Below are positions 1-9,275 of a DNA stretch of 64,000 bases, in pieces. Every line of letters begins with the position of its first letter. The first letter of the stretch is position 1. Position numbers and translations under genes: made by a program. The DNA is from Gemmatimonas sp. (GTDB lineage: Bacteria; Gemmatimonadota; Gemmatimonadetes; Gemmatimonadales; Gemmatimonadaceae). Under the pieces are notes generated by a model. The model did not search any database. It worked only from the letters and a program-made list of their open reading frames with translations, and was not told where the DNA came from. The DNA lies in assembly GCA_031414535.1 (NCBI GenBank), contig JANNVQ010000038.1, positions 51,129 through 115,128 on the forward strand, given 5' to 3'.

Positions 1-11
1 CCCCCAGCACC

Positions 12-1277
12 ATGGGCTTGCAGCGTGATCCGAAGATTGCCGCCGCGCTCGCCGACATCTCCCCGGCTCGCCTGCGCGCGCTCGACTCTGTGCTCGTGAC
101 CTTCGGCACGCGACACACGATGAGCGACACGGTATCGAACACGCGCGGCGTGGGTGCGGCGCGGCGTTGGATCTACTCGCAGCTGCAGCAGGCTTCGCGC
201 GATTGCAACGGCTGCCTTCGCGTGGAATACGACACAGGCTCCGCCGTCATCACGCGGCACATCGAGCGGCCCACGTGGCCAATCGTGAACGTGGTGGCGT
301 GGCTGCCCGGCAGAGACACAAACCGCGTGGTGGTGATTGGCGGACACTTTGACTCCTGCGTCTGCTCTTCACCGAATCCGATGGACGCCACCGGCGATGC
401 GCCGGGTGCCGATGACGACGGCTCGGGCACGGTTGCCGTGATGGAGCTCGCGCGCGTGGTGGGGAAGCACTTCCCGCAGGGTGTGGACGCGACCATCGCC
501 TTCGTGCTCTACACGGGTGAGGAGCAGGGCCTGCTTGGCTCCACGCAATTCGCCGAGCGTTTGCAGCGCGAGGGCAAGACGGTGACCGCCGCCTTCACCG
601 ATGACATCATTGGCAATGTGGTGGCCGACGATGGACGCGTGGACTCCAGCTCGGTCCGCGTGTTTGCCGTGGACTCACTCGCAGTAGGAGGCGGCGAACT
701 CGCGCGCTACGTGTGGGCCGTGGGCGCGGTGTACCAACCGAACTTTGAAGTGCTACCCGTGCTGCGCCTCGACCGACTCGGCCGCGGTGGCGATCACGCA
801 CCATTTCATCGTCTGGGCGTGCCCGCACTCCGCTTCTCGGAACGTCTTGAGAACTACAAGCGGCAGCATTTGGTGACAGACGTCTTTGAACACGTGAACT
901 TTGGGTACATCGCCAAGGTGGCGCGCTTGAACTTGGCCACCGTGGTGTCGCTGGCATCTGCGCCCTCCCGCCCCGTGCGCACCGCCTATGGCCGCGATCG
1001 TGAGTCGGGAGGGCAGAGCTTTCAGATTCGCTGGGATACCGTGCCTGGGGTGGCCGGTTATGAGTTGCTCGTGCGTCGCACCACAGCGCCCACCTACACG
1101 CGCATTGTGCCGACGGGCAACCTCACGCAGTTCCTGCTCGACGAGCAGTTAGATGATGTGTGGGTGGGCGTGCGCGCGATTGGACCCAACGGACACCGCT
1201 CGCTCACCACGGTCGTCGGCGCGCCCAATGGCCCGCGTCTTCCGAACTTGCCGCGGCGTAGCGAGCCGCAGCCCTGA
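12..1277 (+). CDS. M28 family metallopeptidase (aminopeptidase) with C-terminal FN3-like domain; possibly 5'-truncated by window edge
   Basis: ORF 12..1277. GADDDGSG, GEEQGLLGS and GGDHAPF motifs are typical of M28 zinc aminopeptidases. The C-terminal ~90 aa looks FN3-like (IRWDTVPGVAGYELLVRR). The frame is open to nt 1, so the real start and signal peptide may lie upstream. Confidence 0.8.
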   Translation: MGLQRDPKIAAALADISPARLRALDSVLVTFGTRHTMSDTVSNTRGVGAARRWIYSQLQQASRDCNGCLRVEYDTGSAVITRHIERPTWPIVNVVAWLPGRDTNRVVVIGGHFDSCVCSSPNPMDATGDAPGADDDGSGTVAVMELARVVGKHFPQGVDATIAFVLYTGEEQGLLGSTQFAERLQREGKTVTAAFTDDIIGNVVADDGRVDSSSVRVFAVDSLAVGGGELARYVWAVGAVYQPNFEVLPVLRLDRLGRGGDHAPFHRLGVPALRFSERLENYKRQHLVTDVFEHVNFGYIAKVARLNLATVVSLASAPSRPVRTAYGRDRESGGQSFQIRWDTVPGVAGYELLVRRTTAPTYTRIVPTGNLTQFLLDEQLDDVWVGVRAIGPNGHRSLTTVVGAPNGPRLPNLPRRSEPQP

Positions 1278-1295
1278 GCAGGTGTTGAGTAGCCA

Positions 1296-2021
1296 GTGAG
1301 CGCGTTCGCGGGCTTTCGGCCTGAGTCCCTGAAGTTTTTAAAGGGACTCAAGCGACATAACGACAAGCCGTGGTTCGAGGCCAATCGGCCGGTGTACGAA
1401 CGCGCGGTGAAGCAGCCCTTGCTGCACCTCGCAGAAGAACTGGATATCCGCTTTGCGAAGCTCGCGCCTGAATTCGTGGCGCCCCCGAAGCGCGCCTTGT
1501 TTCGAATTCACCGGGACGTGCGCTTCTCGAAGGACAAGTCGCCGTACAAGACGCACGCGGCGCTCTGGGTCTTTCATCGGGATGCTGGGCGTGGGGTGGG
1601 GAGCGAAGCACACGGCGGCGCGGGCTTCTATTTCCACTTGGAGCCGGGGGCGTCGTTGGTCGCCGCGGGATACTGGATGCCGCCGCGGCCCGCTCTGAAT
1701 ATCATTCGCGAACGACTCGCCGAGGACTATGCGTCCTTCGCGAAGCTCGTGAATGCCAGCCCATTCAAGAAGCGCTTTGGTGGACTCACGGATGATGAAG
1801 CCGGTGTACGACTGACCCGCGTCCCGCGCGGATTTTCGCCAGATCATCCCGCCGCGGACTGGCTGCGCTTCGCGTCATTTACCGCGTCACGAGCTCTCAC
1901 GGACGCTGAAGCGCTCTCACCAAAACTGGTGGACGCAATCCTCAAGGATTACGCGCTGATGCTTCCGATGGTGCGCTGGCTAAACGGTACCCTCGGGCAC
2001 GCCGCGGCCACGCGGCGCTAG
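1296..2021 (+). CDS. DUF2461 (TIGR02453) family protein
   Basis: GTG start. FLKGLKRHNDKPWFEANR and FRIHRDVRFSKDKSPYKTH motifs are characteristic of DUF2461. Confidence 0.7.
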   Translation: MSAFAGFRPESLKFLKGLKRHNDKPWFEANRPVYERAVKQPLLHLAEELDIRFAKLAPEFVAPPKRALFRIHRDVRFSKDKSPYKTHAALWVFHRDAGRGVGSEAHGGAGFYFHLEPGASLVAAGYWMPPRPALNIIRERLAEDYASFAKLVNASPFKKRFGGLTDDEAGVRLTRVPRGFSPDHPAADWLRFASFTASRALTDAEALSPKLVDAILKDYALMLPMVRWLNGTLGHAAATRR

Positions 2022-4636
2022 ACCCGGCCGCGTACCACGCCTTCCACTCGCCGCGACGGGTCAAACAAGCGCTGGGCGAGTGCCTGCATCGTCTCTGGCG
2101 TCACCTTCGCTAGCTCATGAGGGTAGCGCGCGATCTCCTCAAGCTCTCCAAACAGGAATGCATCGGCGAGCTCGCTGAGCAAAGCAGCGCCGCTGGCCTG
2201 CCGAATCTGCCAAGCTCCCACTGAGTACTGGCGCGCCCGCTCCAACTCCTCGGGCCCGACCGCATGCAAGCAAAGCTTCTCGAACTCGGCGAGGAGTGCC
2301 TGACGTGCGGTGTCTTCTTTGGCAGGTGATGTCGCGATGTAGGCGGCAAAGGTCCCGCCTGCCGCGCGCGCGTAGGGCCGAGCGATCACGGTGTACGCGA
2401 GCGACTGCCGATCACGCAGTTCCTCAAAGAACCGGCCACCCAAGCCACTGGCAACACCGCCAATCATCTCGGCGTCGAAGCGTGCGGGATTATCGCGCGA
2501 GGGCCCATCGAAGAATATCGAGAGTGCGGTCTGCTGCTTCTCACGGGGTTCCACGCGCACTGCGACTTCGCGAGGCCAATCGGGACGAGGCACCTTGGGA
2601 CGAGCAGCGAGCTGCAACGCGCCAAACACGGTGGCGAGTTGATCTGCGGTGCTCTGCGGATCAACATCCCCGACCACGGCAATGACGGCGGCGGAGCGCA
2701 ACACCCGCTGGGCGTGCCAGTCCTTTAGCACGCCGGTCGTGAGCAAGTTGAGGCTCTCTTCGGTACCGATGGTAGAGCGACCGTAGGGATGATTGGGCCA
2801 CGCAACCTCCGCCGCGAGGCGCATCGGCTGGCGATACATGTCGTCGCGCAGCGCACCAAGCGAAGCGAGCGCCACGGCGCGTTCTGCCTCGAGTCCCTCT
2901 TCGGGGAAGGTGGGTTCGAGCAGTACTTCTGCGAGCAGGGTGGATGCTTCGGCCAGTCTCGCCGTGGGTACGCCGATCGTCCACTGCACGGCCTCGGTGC
3001 CCACGGAAGTGGACATCGAGCCACCGAGTCGCTCAGCATCCTCGGCGAGCTGTGTGGCGCTGCGCTTGGCGGTGCCGCGGAGCATTGTGCGTGCCATCAC
3101 GGTGGACACGCCGCCGCGCTCAAGCAGTTCTTCCACCACGCCACCAGCAATGAAGCACCCCACGTGCGCGAGCCCAGCGCCTCGGCGCGGCTTGACGAGA
3201 ATCGGAACACCGCCTGCCGTGCGAAACACGTGGACGCCATCTACGACGCGTTCCTTGATTGCAGGTGTGGGCGTGACGCGAACGATCGCCTCGCGACGCG
3301 GGGATTGCGGCAGCGCGGCGATGCCGGGCGCCTCGAGTAGCGCCCGCACTTCGTCGGCGTTCGCGCCTAGCGCAGTTGCATCGCGCGGGCGGTAGGCGAC
3401 GATGGAGGCGTGCTCGGGGTCCAGCCAGCGCTGGGCTACCGCCGTGAGTCCGGCGGCATCGGTGCTGAGCAGTGCCTTCTGGTACGCGATGCCGTCTTCC
3501 CAGCCGCCGCTCAACTCCCACGAGCCAAGGAAGTTGGCTTGGCCTTCGGCGCTTTCGAGGCGGCGCAGCCACTGGGCTTCCACGAGTTGGCGCGCGCGAT
3601 CCACTTCGTCGCCGCTAATCTCACCGGCCCGGACACGGCGCAACTGATCATGAATGGTGCGCGCGGCCTCAGCGGCCTTGTCGGCCGGCGCTGAGGCGTG
3701 CACCACGAAGACGCCAACTTCCGTGGGCGTGTAGTTGTAGGCGCTGATGCTGGAGACGAGGCGCCGATCGCGCGTGGCGCGGACGAGTCGCGCCGCCCGT
3801 CCGGAGGAGAGCACTGTACCCAGCAGGTCGAGCGCCGGTGCATCCGGATGATTCGCCGCGGGTGTGCGCCAGCCGAATACGAGTTCCGTCTGCGAGATGT
3901 CACCGGCCCATTCGCGGACGCGGAATCCTGGAAGCGCATCCTCCTGCGGCCCCGGCGTACGCGTCACCGGCGCATCCGCGAGGTGAGCGTATCGCTTGGT
4001 CGCCTCGGCAATAGCAAGGTCGGGGTCTACGTCGCCGACGATGGCGACCACTGTGTTGGATGGCCGGTAGTAATTGCGATAGAACGCGACGAGCTGTTCG
4101 CGCGTGAAGGTCCGCAGTGGGGCTTCACGTCCCATGCGCCAGCGGCGGATGCGATGCTTATCGTGAAGTAATTCGAACATCGTCTCCAGCGCCAGCGGTC
4201 CAGCGGAGTCGGCCTTGCGCTTGGTTTCCTCGATGATGACTTCGAGCTCACGCCGCAGTTCGTCCGCATCAATCACGGAGTTGGCATAGGCGTCAGCCTG
4301 CACTTCGAGGCCCGCGAGGAAGCCGCTGGCGGGCAGCACCGCGTAGTAGTGCGTGCGGTCGTAGATGGTGCCGGCGTTGAGGTAACCGCCGGCCATCTTG
4401 GTGGCGCGCGCGATCTCGCCCACCCCGCGTGTGGGCGTGCCCTTGAAGTACATGTGCTCCAGGACATGCGCGATGCCCACGAGGTCGTCTGGCTCGTCGA
4501 AGTAGCCGGCGTTCACCCACGTGACAATGGCCACCACCGGCGCCGTGGTATCACGGCGCGCGAGTAGTGTCAGGCCGTTGGAAAGACGGACGCGCCTGAC
4601 ACTTTCAGGAGGCAGCAGTGAGGTGACGCTCGACAT
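2018..4636 (-). CDS. M16 family (pitrilysin/insulinase-like) zinc peptidase, double-unit (PqqL-like)
   Basis: 872 aa. HVLEHMYFKGT (HxxEH inverted zincin motif) lies near the N-terminus. The length fits two M16/M16_C modules. It is the last gene of the TPR-ABC-permease chain. Confidence 0.85.
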   Translation of the reverse strand: MSSVTSLLPPESVRRVRLSNGLTLLARRDTTAPVVAIVTWVNAGYFDEPDDLVGIAHVLEHMYFKGTPTRGVGEIARATKMAGGYLNAGTIYDRTHYYAVLPASGFLAGLEVQADAYANSVIDADELRRELEVIIEETKRKADSAGPLALETMFELLHDKHRIRRWRMGREAPLRTFTREQLVAFYRNYYRPSNTVVAIVGDVDPDLAIAEATKRYAHLADAPVTRTPGPQEDALPGFRVREWAGDISQTELVFGWRTPAANHPDAPALDLLGTVLSSGRAARLVRATRDRRLVSSISAYNYTPTEVGVFVVHASAPADKAAEAARTIHDQLRRVRAGEISGDEVDRARQLVEAQWLRRLESAEGQANFLGSWELSGGWEDGIAYQKALLSTDAAGLTAVAQRWLDPEHASIVAYRPRDATALGANADEVRALLEAPGIAALPQSPRREAIVRVTPTPAIKERVVDGVHVFRTAGGVPILVKPRRGAGLAHVGCFIAGGVVEELLERGGVSTVMARTMLRGTAKRSATQLAEDAERLGGSMSTSVGTEAVQWTIGVPTARLAEASTLLAEVLLEPTFPEEGLEAERAVALASLGALRDDMYRQPMRLAAEVAWPNHPYGRSTIGTEESLNLLTTGVLKDWHAQRVLRSAAVIAVVGDVDPQSTADQLATVFGALQLAARPKVPRPDWPREVAVRVEPREKQQTALSIFFDGPSRDNPARFDAEMIGGVASGLGGRFFEELRDRQSLAYTVIARPYARAAGGTFAAYIATSPAKEDTARQALLAEFEKLCLHAVGPEELERARQYSVGAWQIRQASGAALLSELADAFLFGELEEIARYPHELAKVTPETMQALAQRLFDPSRRVEGVVRGRV

Positions 4637-4642
4637 TCCTGC

Positions 4643-5386
4643 TCAACGCACCAGGGCTGAGCGGCGCATGACGATCAGGCCTGCGACCAGCAAACCGAGA
4701 CCATAGCCGACGACGTGAATGAGGTCGGTGGTCTGGAAGGTGTTGCCTTCCACAAGGGCCTTGGAGAGCTGCGCCATCGTCTCGATGGGCGGCAGGCCAC
4801 GGGCCACGGGCTCCATCCAGTCGGGCAGCAGGTCCTGCGTCGACAACTGCTGCAGCGTACGAATGATGACAAAGGACAGAATGAGCGCGAGCCCATCGCG
4901 ATTCGTGAGTGCGGCGGCGAGAACCGTCAGACCACCAATCAGCACGAGGGAGATAGCGAACGCTCCGATTGAGCCAAGTACGTTCACATCCGTCATGAAC
5001 AACTCAATGGCCCCGGGCACAATACCGAACAAGGCCAAAAAGAGCAGCATCCCGACAACGAATCGTTGCAGGTAATAGTTGACCGGATTGACTTGGCGCG
5101 AAAAGAAGAACCGAACGTGTTGCTTGTCACGATCCAAAGCCACGCTCGACGACATGAACAGGAAGGCCCCGAGCGTGATGGCCAGCGAGGCCACGCTCTG
5201 GTAAATGGCCTTCACCGTATCCGCCTGCGTCGAATTGTTGGCCAGATCCACCACGTCCTGGCCATTTAAGAAGGCATATGTGGGAATGCCGCCCACGACG
5301 AGAAGAATGGCGAGCGGTGCGAGCCCTCGGACGGCCATTTCGCGGGCTTGCCAGGGGAGATACGCCAATAAGGGTCGTAGCGTCAT
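4643..5386 (-). CDS. ABC-2-type transporter permease (multi-pass membrane protein)
   Basis: 247 aa with about 6 hydrophobic helices. Its start overlaps the stop of the upstream ABC ATPase gene by 4 nt. Confidence 0.6.
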   Translation of the reverse strand: MTLRPLLAYLPWQAREMAVRGLAPLAILLVVGGIPTYAFLNGQDVVDLANNSTQADTVKAIYQSVASLAITLGAFLFMSSSVALDRDKQHVRFFFSRQVNPVNYYLQRFVVGMLLFLALFGIVPGAIELFMTDVNVLGSIGAFAISLVLIGGLTVLAAALTNRDGLALILSFVIIRTLQQLSTQDLLPDWMEPVARGLPPIETMAQLSKALVEGNTFQTTDLIHVVGYGLGLLVAGLIVMRRSALVR

Positions 5387-6285
5387 CGGAGCGTCACCGC
5401 CGAGCGGAAGGCTTCTTCAAGCGAGGACTCCGCGGGTGCAACGGCGACAATCAGTGTGCCCTGCGCGATTGCCGCTGCCAGTCCTGCGTTGAGCGCCGCC
5501 ACATCCGCCGTACATTCCACGTCCGGTCCGTTCATGGTGGCACCCGGCAAATGTTCGATGAGCGCGTCAGGCACCTGGGCGACCCGGATACGCCACCGAC
5601 GCGCCGTGCCCTGCCCGGCCGACTCGCGCACGCTGACGATGCGCTGAATGTGGCCGCGATCAATGATGGCCACGCGGTCACACAGGCGCTCGAGTTCGTC
5701 GAGATTGTGCGAGGCGATGATGATGGCGCGCTCCGGGCGCCTCAGCCCCGCGACGATATCGCGGAACCGCGCGGTCCACACGGGATCGAGTCCATGCGTG
5801 GGTTCATCGAAAATCACGAGATCGCGCTCGGCCAGTAGCGCCTGCGCGAGACCGACGCGCTGCAGATTGCCCTTGCTGAGGGCCTTCAGTTTCTTCTTGC
5901 GGTGCTCGTCGATGCCCACCGCCTCGATGACGCGCTCGACGGCCGCCCGACGCTCTGCCGCCGGCACACCGGATAGTGCGGCGAGGCGCAGCAGCGCATC
6001 ATCGGTGCGCCATTCGAGCGGGAAAGTCATCAGTTCGGGCAAGTAGGCCACGCCGGAGCGCTCCGCGAAACCGCGCGGCGAGAGCCCATCGATGCTCATC
6101 TCACCGGCGTCGGGCGTGAGCAAGCCCAGCAGCATGGCAATCAGCGTGCTCTTCCCTGCGCCGTTGGGGCCGGCGATGCCGACGACTTCCCCTCGTGTCA
6201 CTTCTAGCGTGACATCTGAGACGGCGCGGACCGGCGAACCGAAGATGGTGCGGTAGGTCTTCCCGACGTTGTTCAGTACAATCAC
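5383..6285 (-). CDS. ABC transporter ATP-binding protein
   Basis: Walker A GPNGAGKST, signature-like LSKGNLQRV and Walker B LVIFDEPTHGLD. There is an extra ~80 aa C-terminal domain. Confidence 0.9.
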   Translation of the reverse strand: MIVLNNVGKTYRTIFGSPVRAVSDVTLEVTRGEVVGIAGPNGAGKSTLIAMLLGLLTPDAGEMSIDGLSPRGFAERSGVAYLPELMTFPLEWRTDDALLRLAALSGVPAAERRAAVERVIEAVGIDEHRKKKLKALSKGNLQRVGLAQALLAERDLVIFDEPTHGLDPVWTARFRDIVAGLRRPERAIIIASHNLDELERLCDRVAIIDRGHIQRIVSVRESAGQGTARRWRIRVAQVPDALIEHLPGATMNGPDVECTADVAALNAGLAAAIAQGTLIVAVAPAESSLEEAFRSAVTLR

Positions 6286-7394
6286 TGCACAATTCGTAAA
6301 AGGCCTGCATCCGCGCTTCCGCGGAGAAAGCTCTCCGCATCACGCGTGGGAATCAGCATCCCGGTCAGCGAGAAGCCGCGACGAGCCTCTGACTGCATGA
6401 ACTCTTCGAGCGTGCGCATCAGTTGCCCCGGCGTCGCATCGCGCATGGCCATCACAATCTCCTCCCAGCTGCCTTCATAGGGACGTCCGTCTCGGCCCAC
6501 CACCTTGTGGTGAACAGGTCCGCCGCGCTGCTCGCTCAGATCGCTGAGCAGCGCTCCGAACAGCTCCAGCTGCGAACGCGCCTCTTCCTGCTCCTGTTCC
6601 ACGGCGCGCTGCTCAATCTCACTGAGCATTTCCTCGAGCGGATCGCTGGGCGGCGTGAGCTCGACAAGTCGCTCTTCCCAGATTTTGAGCGAGGAATCGT
6701 CGTCGCGCAGGCGGAGGTGCGACTTCTTGAGTTCGAGCAGGCGCCAAATGCCGAGTTCGTCCCAGTGATCTTCGGGCTTGGTGCGATCGAGTTGGAACAG
6801 CGCGCCCTCGTACTCGCCCTGATCATAGAGGAGATTGCCGAGATAGATGCGCGCTTCGCTGTGCTCAGGATCGAGTTGCAGCGCCTTGCGCAGGGTCTCC
6901 ACGGCTGCGGGTTCGTCGCCCAGGCGATGTTGCGTGTAGCCCACCATCGCGATGGCCTCGGCGTTCTCCGGCGTCTGCTGCACGGCGACATCAAAGAAGT
7001 CCTTGGCGTCTTCCATGAAGCCTTCGCGAAACAGCGCCCGACCCACCTGCAGCATCAACTCGATATCGTCGCTGTAGCCGAGCTCGAGGATGCGCCGAAA
7101 ACTCCTGAGGCCGGCGTCGGTCTGACCGAACTTGATGAGCACCTCGCCGAGCCCGGCAAGCGCATCCTCGTGCTCGGGATCGAGGACTAGGGCCTCCTCG
7201 AAGGACCGACGCGCCCAGGCGAATTCCTCGCGGGCCAAGCGCGCGTATCCCACACCGACGTGCAATTCTACGGCGTTCGGATATAAACCGAGGCCCTCGC
7301 GCAGCAGCGTGAGTGCCTCGTCAAAGCTGCCTTCGTTGTAGAGCTGGTGCGCGCGCTCGTCGTACTCCTCAGAACTCAGGAACGGAGAGGGCAT
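6282..7394 (-). CDS. TPR repeat protein with uncharacterised C-terminal domain
   Basis: Repeated 34-aa TPR-like units (EALTLLREGLGLYPNAVELH, ARRSFEEALVLDPEHEDALAGLG, ETLRKALQLDPEHSEARIYLG). A GGAGG lies 13 nt upstream of the ATG. A 4-nt overlap joins it to the downstream ABC ATPase gene. Confidence 0.8.
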   Translation of the reverse strand: MPSPFLSSEEYDERAHQLYNEGSFDEALTLLREGLGLYPNAVELHVGVGYARLAREEFAWARRSFEEALVLDPEHEDALAGLGEVLIKFGQTDAGLRSFRRILELGYSDDIELMLQVGRALFREGFMEDAKDFFDVAVQQTPENAEAIAMVGYTQHRLGDEPAAVETLRKALQLDPEHSEARIYLGNLLYDQGEYEGALFQLDRTKPEDHWDELGIWRLLELKKSHLRLRDDDSSLKIWEERLVELTPPSDPLEEMLSEIEQRAVEQEQEEARSQLELFGALLSDLSEQRGGPVHHKVVGRDGRPYEGSWEEIVMAMRDATPGQLMRTLEEFMQSEARRGFSLTGMLIPTRDAESFLRGSADAGLLRIVQ

Positions 7395-7453
7395 CTTGGG
7401 TCTGACCTCCAGCTCACAAGGTGGATACGACTAAGGTATCGCGCGGACCAACA

Positions 7454-7459
7454 TGTCAA
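7454..7459 (-). promoter_or_regulatory. Possible -35 box (TTGACA on the minus strand) for the TPR/ABC/M16 operon
   Basis: An exact TTGACA hexamer lies in the ~100-bp gap upstream of the TPR gene. I found no convincing -10, so this is weak. Confidence 0.2.
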
Positions 7460-7495
7460 CAGCCACCACCGCCGTCACAGATGCGGCCAAAAAGG

Positions 7496-8038
7496 CTAGG
7501 TCGGCGGCGTTCCTCGGGTACCCCGCGCCGGCCCGTCTGGATGCACCCGACACGCCGGTGGCTGCTCGATGCTGTACGTGAGGTTGGCGATGCGCCAACG
7601 CTCGCCGATGAGCACGAGCGTAAAGACATCCACGCCACAATGCGACCAGGTGTCGTCCACATAGAGGTCGTACGGCAGCCACACCACGGCGATGGTGCCC
7701 GCGATGCGCAGGTCGGGCTCGAACCCGCGCTCGATGATCGGGTCTCGGCGACCGGCGGCGCGCTGCGATTCTGCGGTTCGCATCCGATAGTCGGGACGAC
7801 CACTGCGCGTGCTTGCGGCGTACACCTGAGCCTCGGGTGTCATGAGGTCGCTCAGGCGTGCGACCTCACCGGTGTTGATGAACCGCATCGCGGAATCAAC
7901 AACAGCCATCACGGCCGCTCGCTGCTCCTGGGCCTGCGCTGCGCCGGGAGCCGCGAGATGGAGAGCAAGCACGAGCGCCAGGCAAAAGTGGCGGGGCAAA
8001 CGGCGGGGCATCCGGAACTCCGAAAGGAGAGGGTTCAT
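7496..8038 (-). CDS. Secreted NTF2-like (SnoaL/DUF4440-like) protein
   Basis: I take the start at MNPLLSEF (ATG 8038, an ATGA overlap with the psuG stop) rather than at 8308. It has a signal-like segment (LALVLALHLAAPGAAQAQ). The size, the alternating beta pattern and the ending IGERWRIANLTYS resemble the NTF2 fold. Confidence 0.5.
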   Translation of the reverse strand: MNPLLSEFRMPRRLPRHFCLALVLALHLAAPGAAQAQEQRAAVMAVVDSAMRFINTGEVARLSDLMTPEAQVYAASTRSGRPDYRMRTAESQRAAGRRDPIIERGFEPDLRIAGTIAVVWLPYDLYVDDTWSHCGVDVFTLVLIGERWRIANLTYSIEQPPACRVHPDGPARGTRGTPPT

Positions 8039-8961
8039 GCGGGGCGCTCGGCTAGCGATCGCGCGACCGCCGCGGCAAGGGCGGCGTTGGCCTCGAGTAG
8101 CGCGAGATTGGCCTGCAGCGAGCGCCCGTGCGTGGCCCGCTGCACAGCGGCGAGCAAATACGGCGTCACGGCCGCACCGCGCACGCCGGCCTCGCGGGCG
8201 GATGCGAGAGCCGCGTCTACTGCCGCATTCACGAGCGCGTCGTCGAGCGCCTCGGGTTCCGGCACCGGCTGGACCAGCAACACCGCGCCCGGATGCCCCG
8301 TGCGCCACGACGCCCGTGCGATGGCGGCCACTTCGTCAGGGGATTCCGCACGCGAGGAGACTTTCAGCCCCGTTCGTCTCGTAAAAAACCCCGGAAACTC
8401 ATCCGTGCCGAATCCGACGACGCTTACGCCGTACGTCTCGAGCCGCTCGAGCGTGGCGGGCAGATCGAGAATAGACTTGGCTCCAGCGCAGACTACGACG
8501 ACCGGCGAGCGCGAGAGCTCGAGGAGATCTGCCGACTCATCAAAGGCAGGTTCGCGATGCACGCCACCGATGCCTCCAGTGGCGAACACCGGGATGCCAG
8601 CAGCGCGGCAGATGGTGAGCGTGGCCGCCACCGTGGTGGCGCCGTCGGCGCGTTGGGCCATGGCGAGCCCCAAGTCCCGCGAAGAAACCTTGCGCACCCC
8701 GTCGCGCTGAAGGAAGCGCGCGTGCTCGCTCTCGCTCAGCCCAACGCTGAGCTCGCCTGCCACAACCGCTGTAATTGCGGGAACGGCACCGCCTGCGCGA
8801 ACGGCGGCCTGCATACGCGCTGAGGCCTCCCCGTTGCTAGGAACGGGGAGGCCTTGTGCCAGCACAGAACTTTCGAGGGCGACAATCGGGCGACCAGCAT
8901 CGCGGGCTGCGGCGACTTCAGTGGTCCAGCGGACCCAACCGTCGCTCTGCCCAAACGCCAC
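8035..8961 (-). CDS. psuG: Pseudouridine-5'-phosphate glycosidase
   Basis: 308 aa. The IVALESSVLAQGLPVP N-terminal motif, the later GATTVAATL and VFATGGIGGVHR motifs and the overall length match the PsuG/IndA family. Confidence 0.85.
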   Translation of the reverse strand: MAFGQSDGWVRWTTEVAAARDAGRPIVALESSVLAQGLPVPSNGEASARMQAAVRAGGAVPAITAVVAGELSVGLSESEHARFLQRDGVRKVSSRDLGLAMAQRADGATTVAATLTICRAAGIPVFATGGIGGVHREPAFDESADLLELSRSPVVVVCAGAKSILDLPATLERLETYGVSVVGFGTDEFPGFFTRRTGLKVSSRAESPDEVAAIARASWRTGHPGAVLLVQPVPEPEALDDALVNAAVDAALASAREAGVRGAAVTPYLLAAVQRATHGRSLQANLALLEANAALAAAVARSLAERPA

Positions 8962-9189
8962 TTAGGCGTCGTCGAAATCGTCGGCGCGACGCGTGTCCAT
9001 GAGATCGCGTTCGCGAGCGTCCGGATCGAAGACCGCGAGGATCTTCACGTTCTCGCCAGCATAGCAATCGAAGGCCTTGCCAGTGCCGCGCTTGATCGAG
9101 ATTTCGTGCCCGTCCTCGAAACGGAGGACAGCGGTCGGGAACTCGTTGTTGACGTACTGCTTGCGGAGCTTTTTCGCGGGCGTGGGCAT
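8962..9189 (-). CDS. Small hypothetical protein (75 aa, acidic C-terminal tail)
   Basis: Its stop codon abuts the psuG start, with no gap. No recognisable motif. Coding status rests only on position and the ORF. Confidence 0.4.
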   Translation of the reverse strand: MPTPAKKLRKQYVNNEFPTAVLRFEDGHEISIKRGTGKAFDCYAGENVKILAVFDPDARERDLMDTRRADDFDDA

Positions 9190-9275
9190 CGGAGTAGGCT
9201 AGGCGTTCAAGTGGGACCACGTCTCTCAAGCGAAGCTATCCCAGCAACGCTCACGGCGAAAGGGTCAGGACGGGG

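Noticed and set aside
2018-2021. Convergent genes (DUF2461 and M16 peptidase) sharing the palindrome CTAG as overlapping TAG stops.
   Set aside because: It is real in the sequence but is most simply a consequence of genome compaction. No structure or regulatory element can fit, and I see no further significance.
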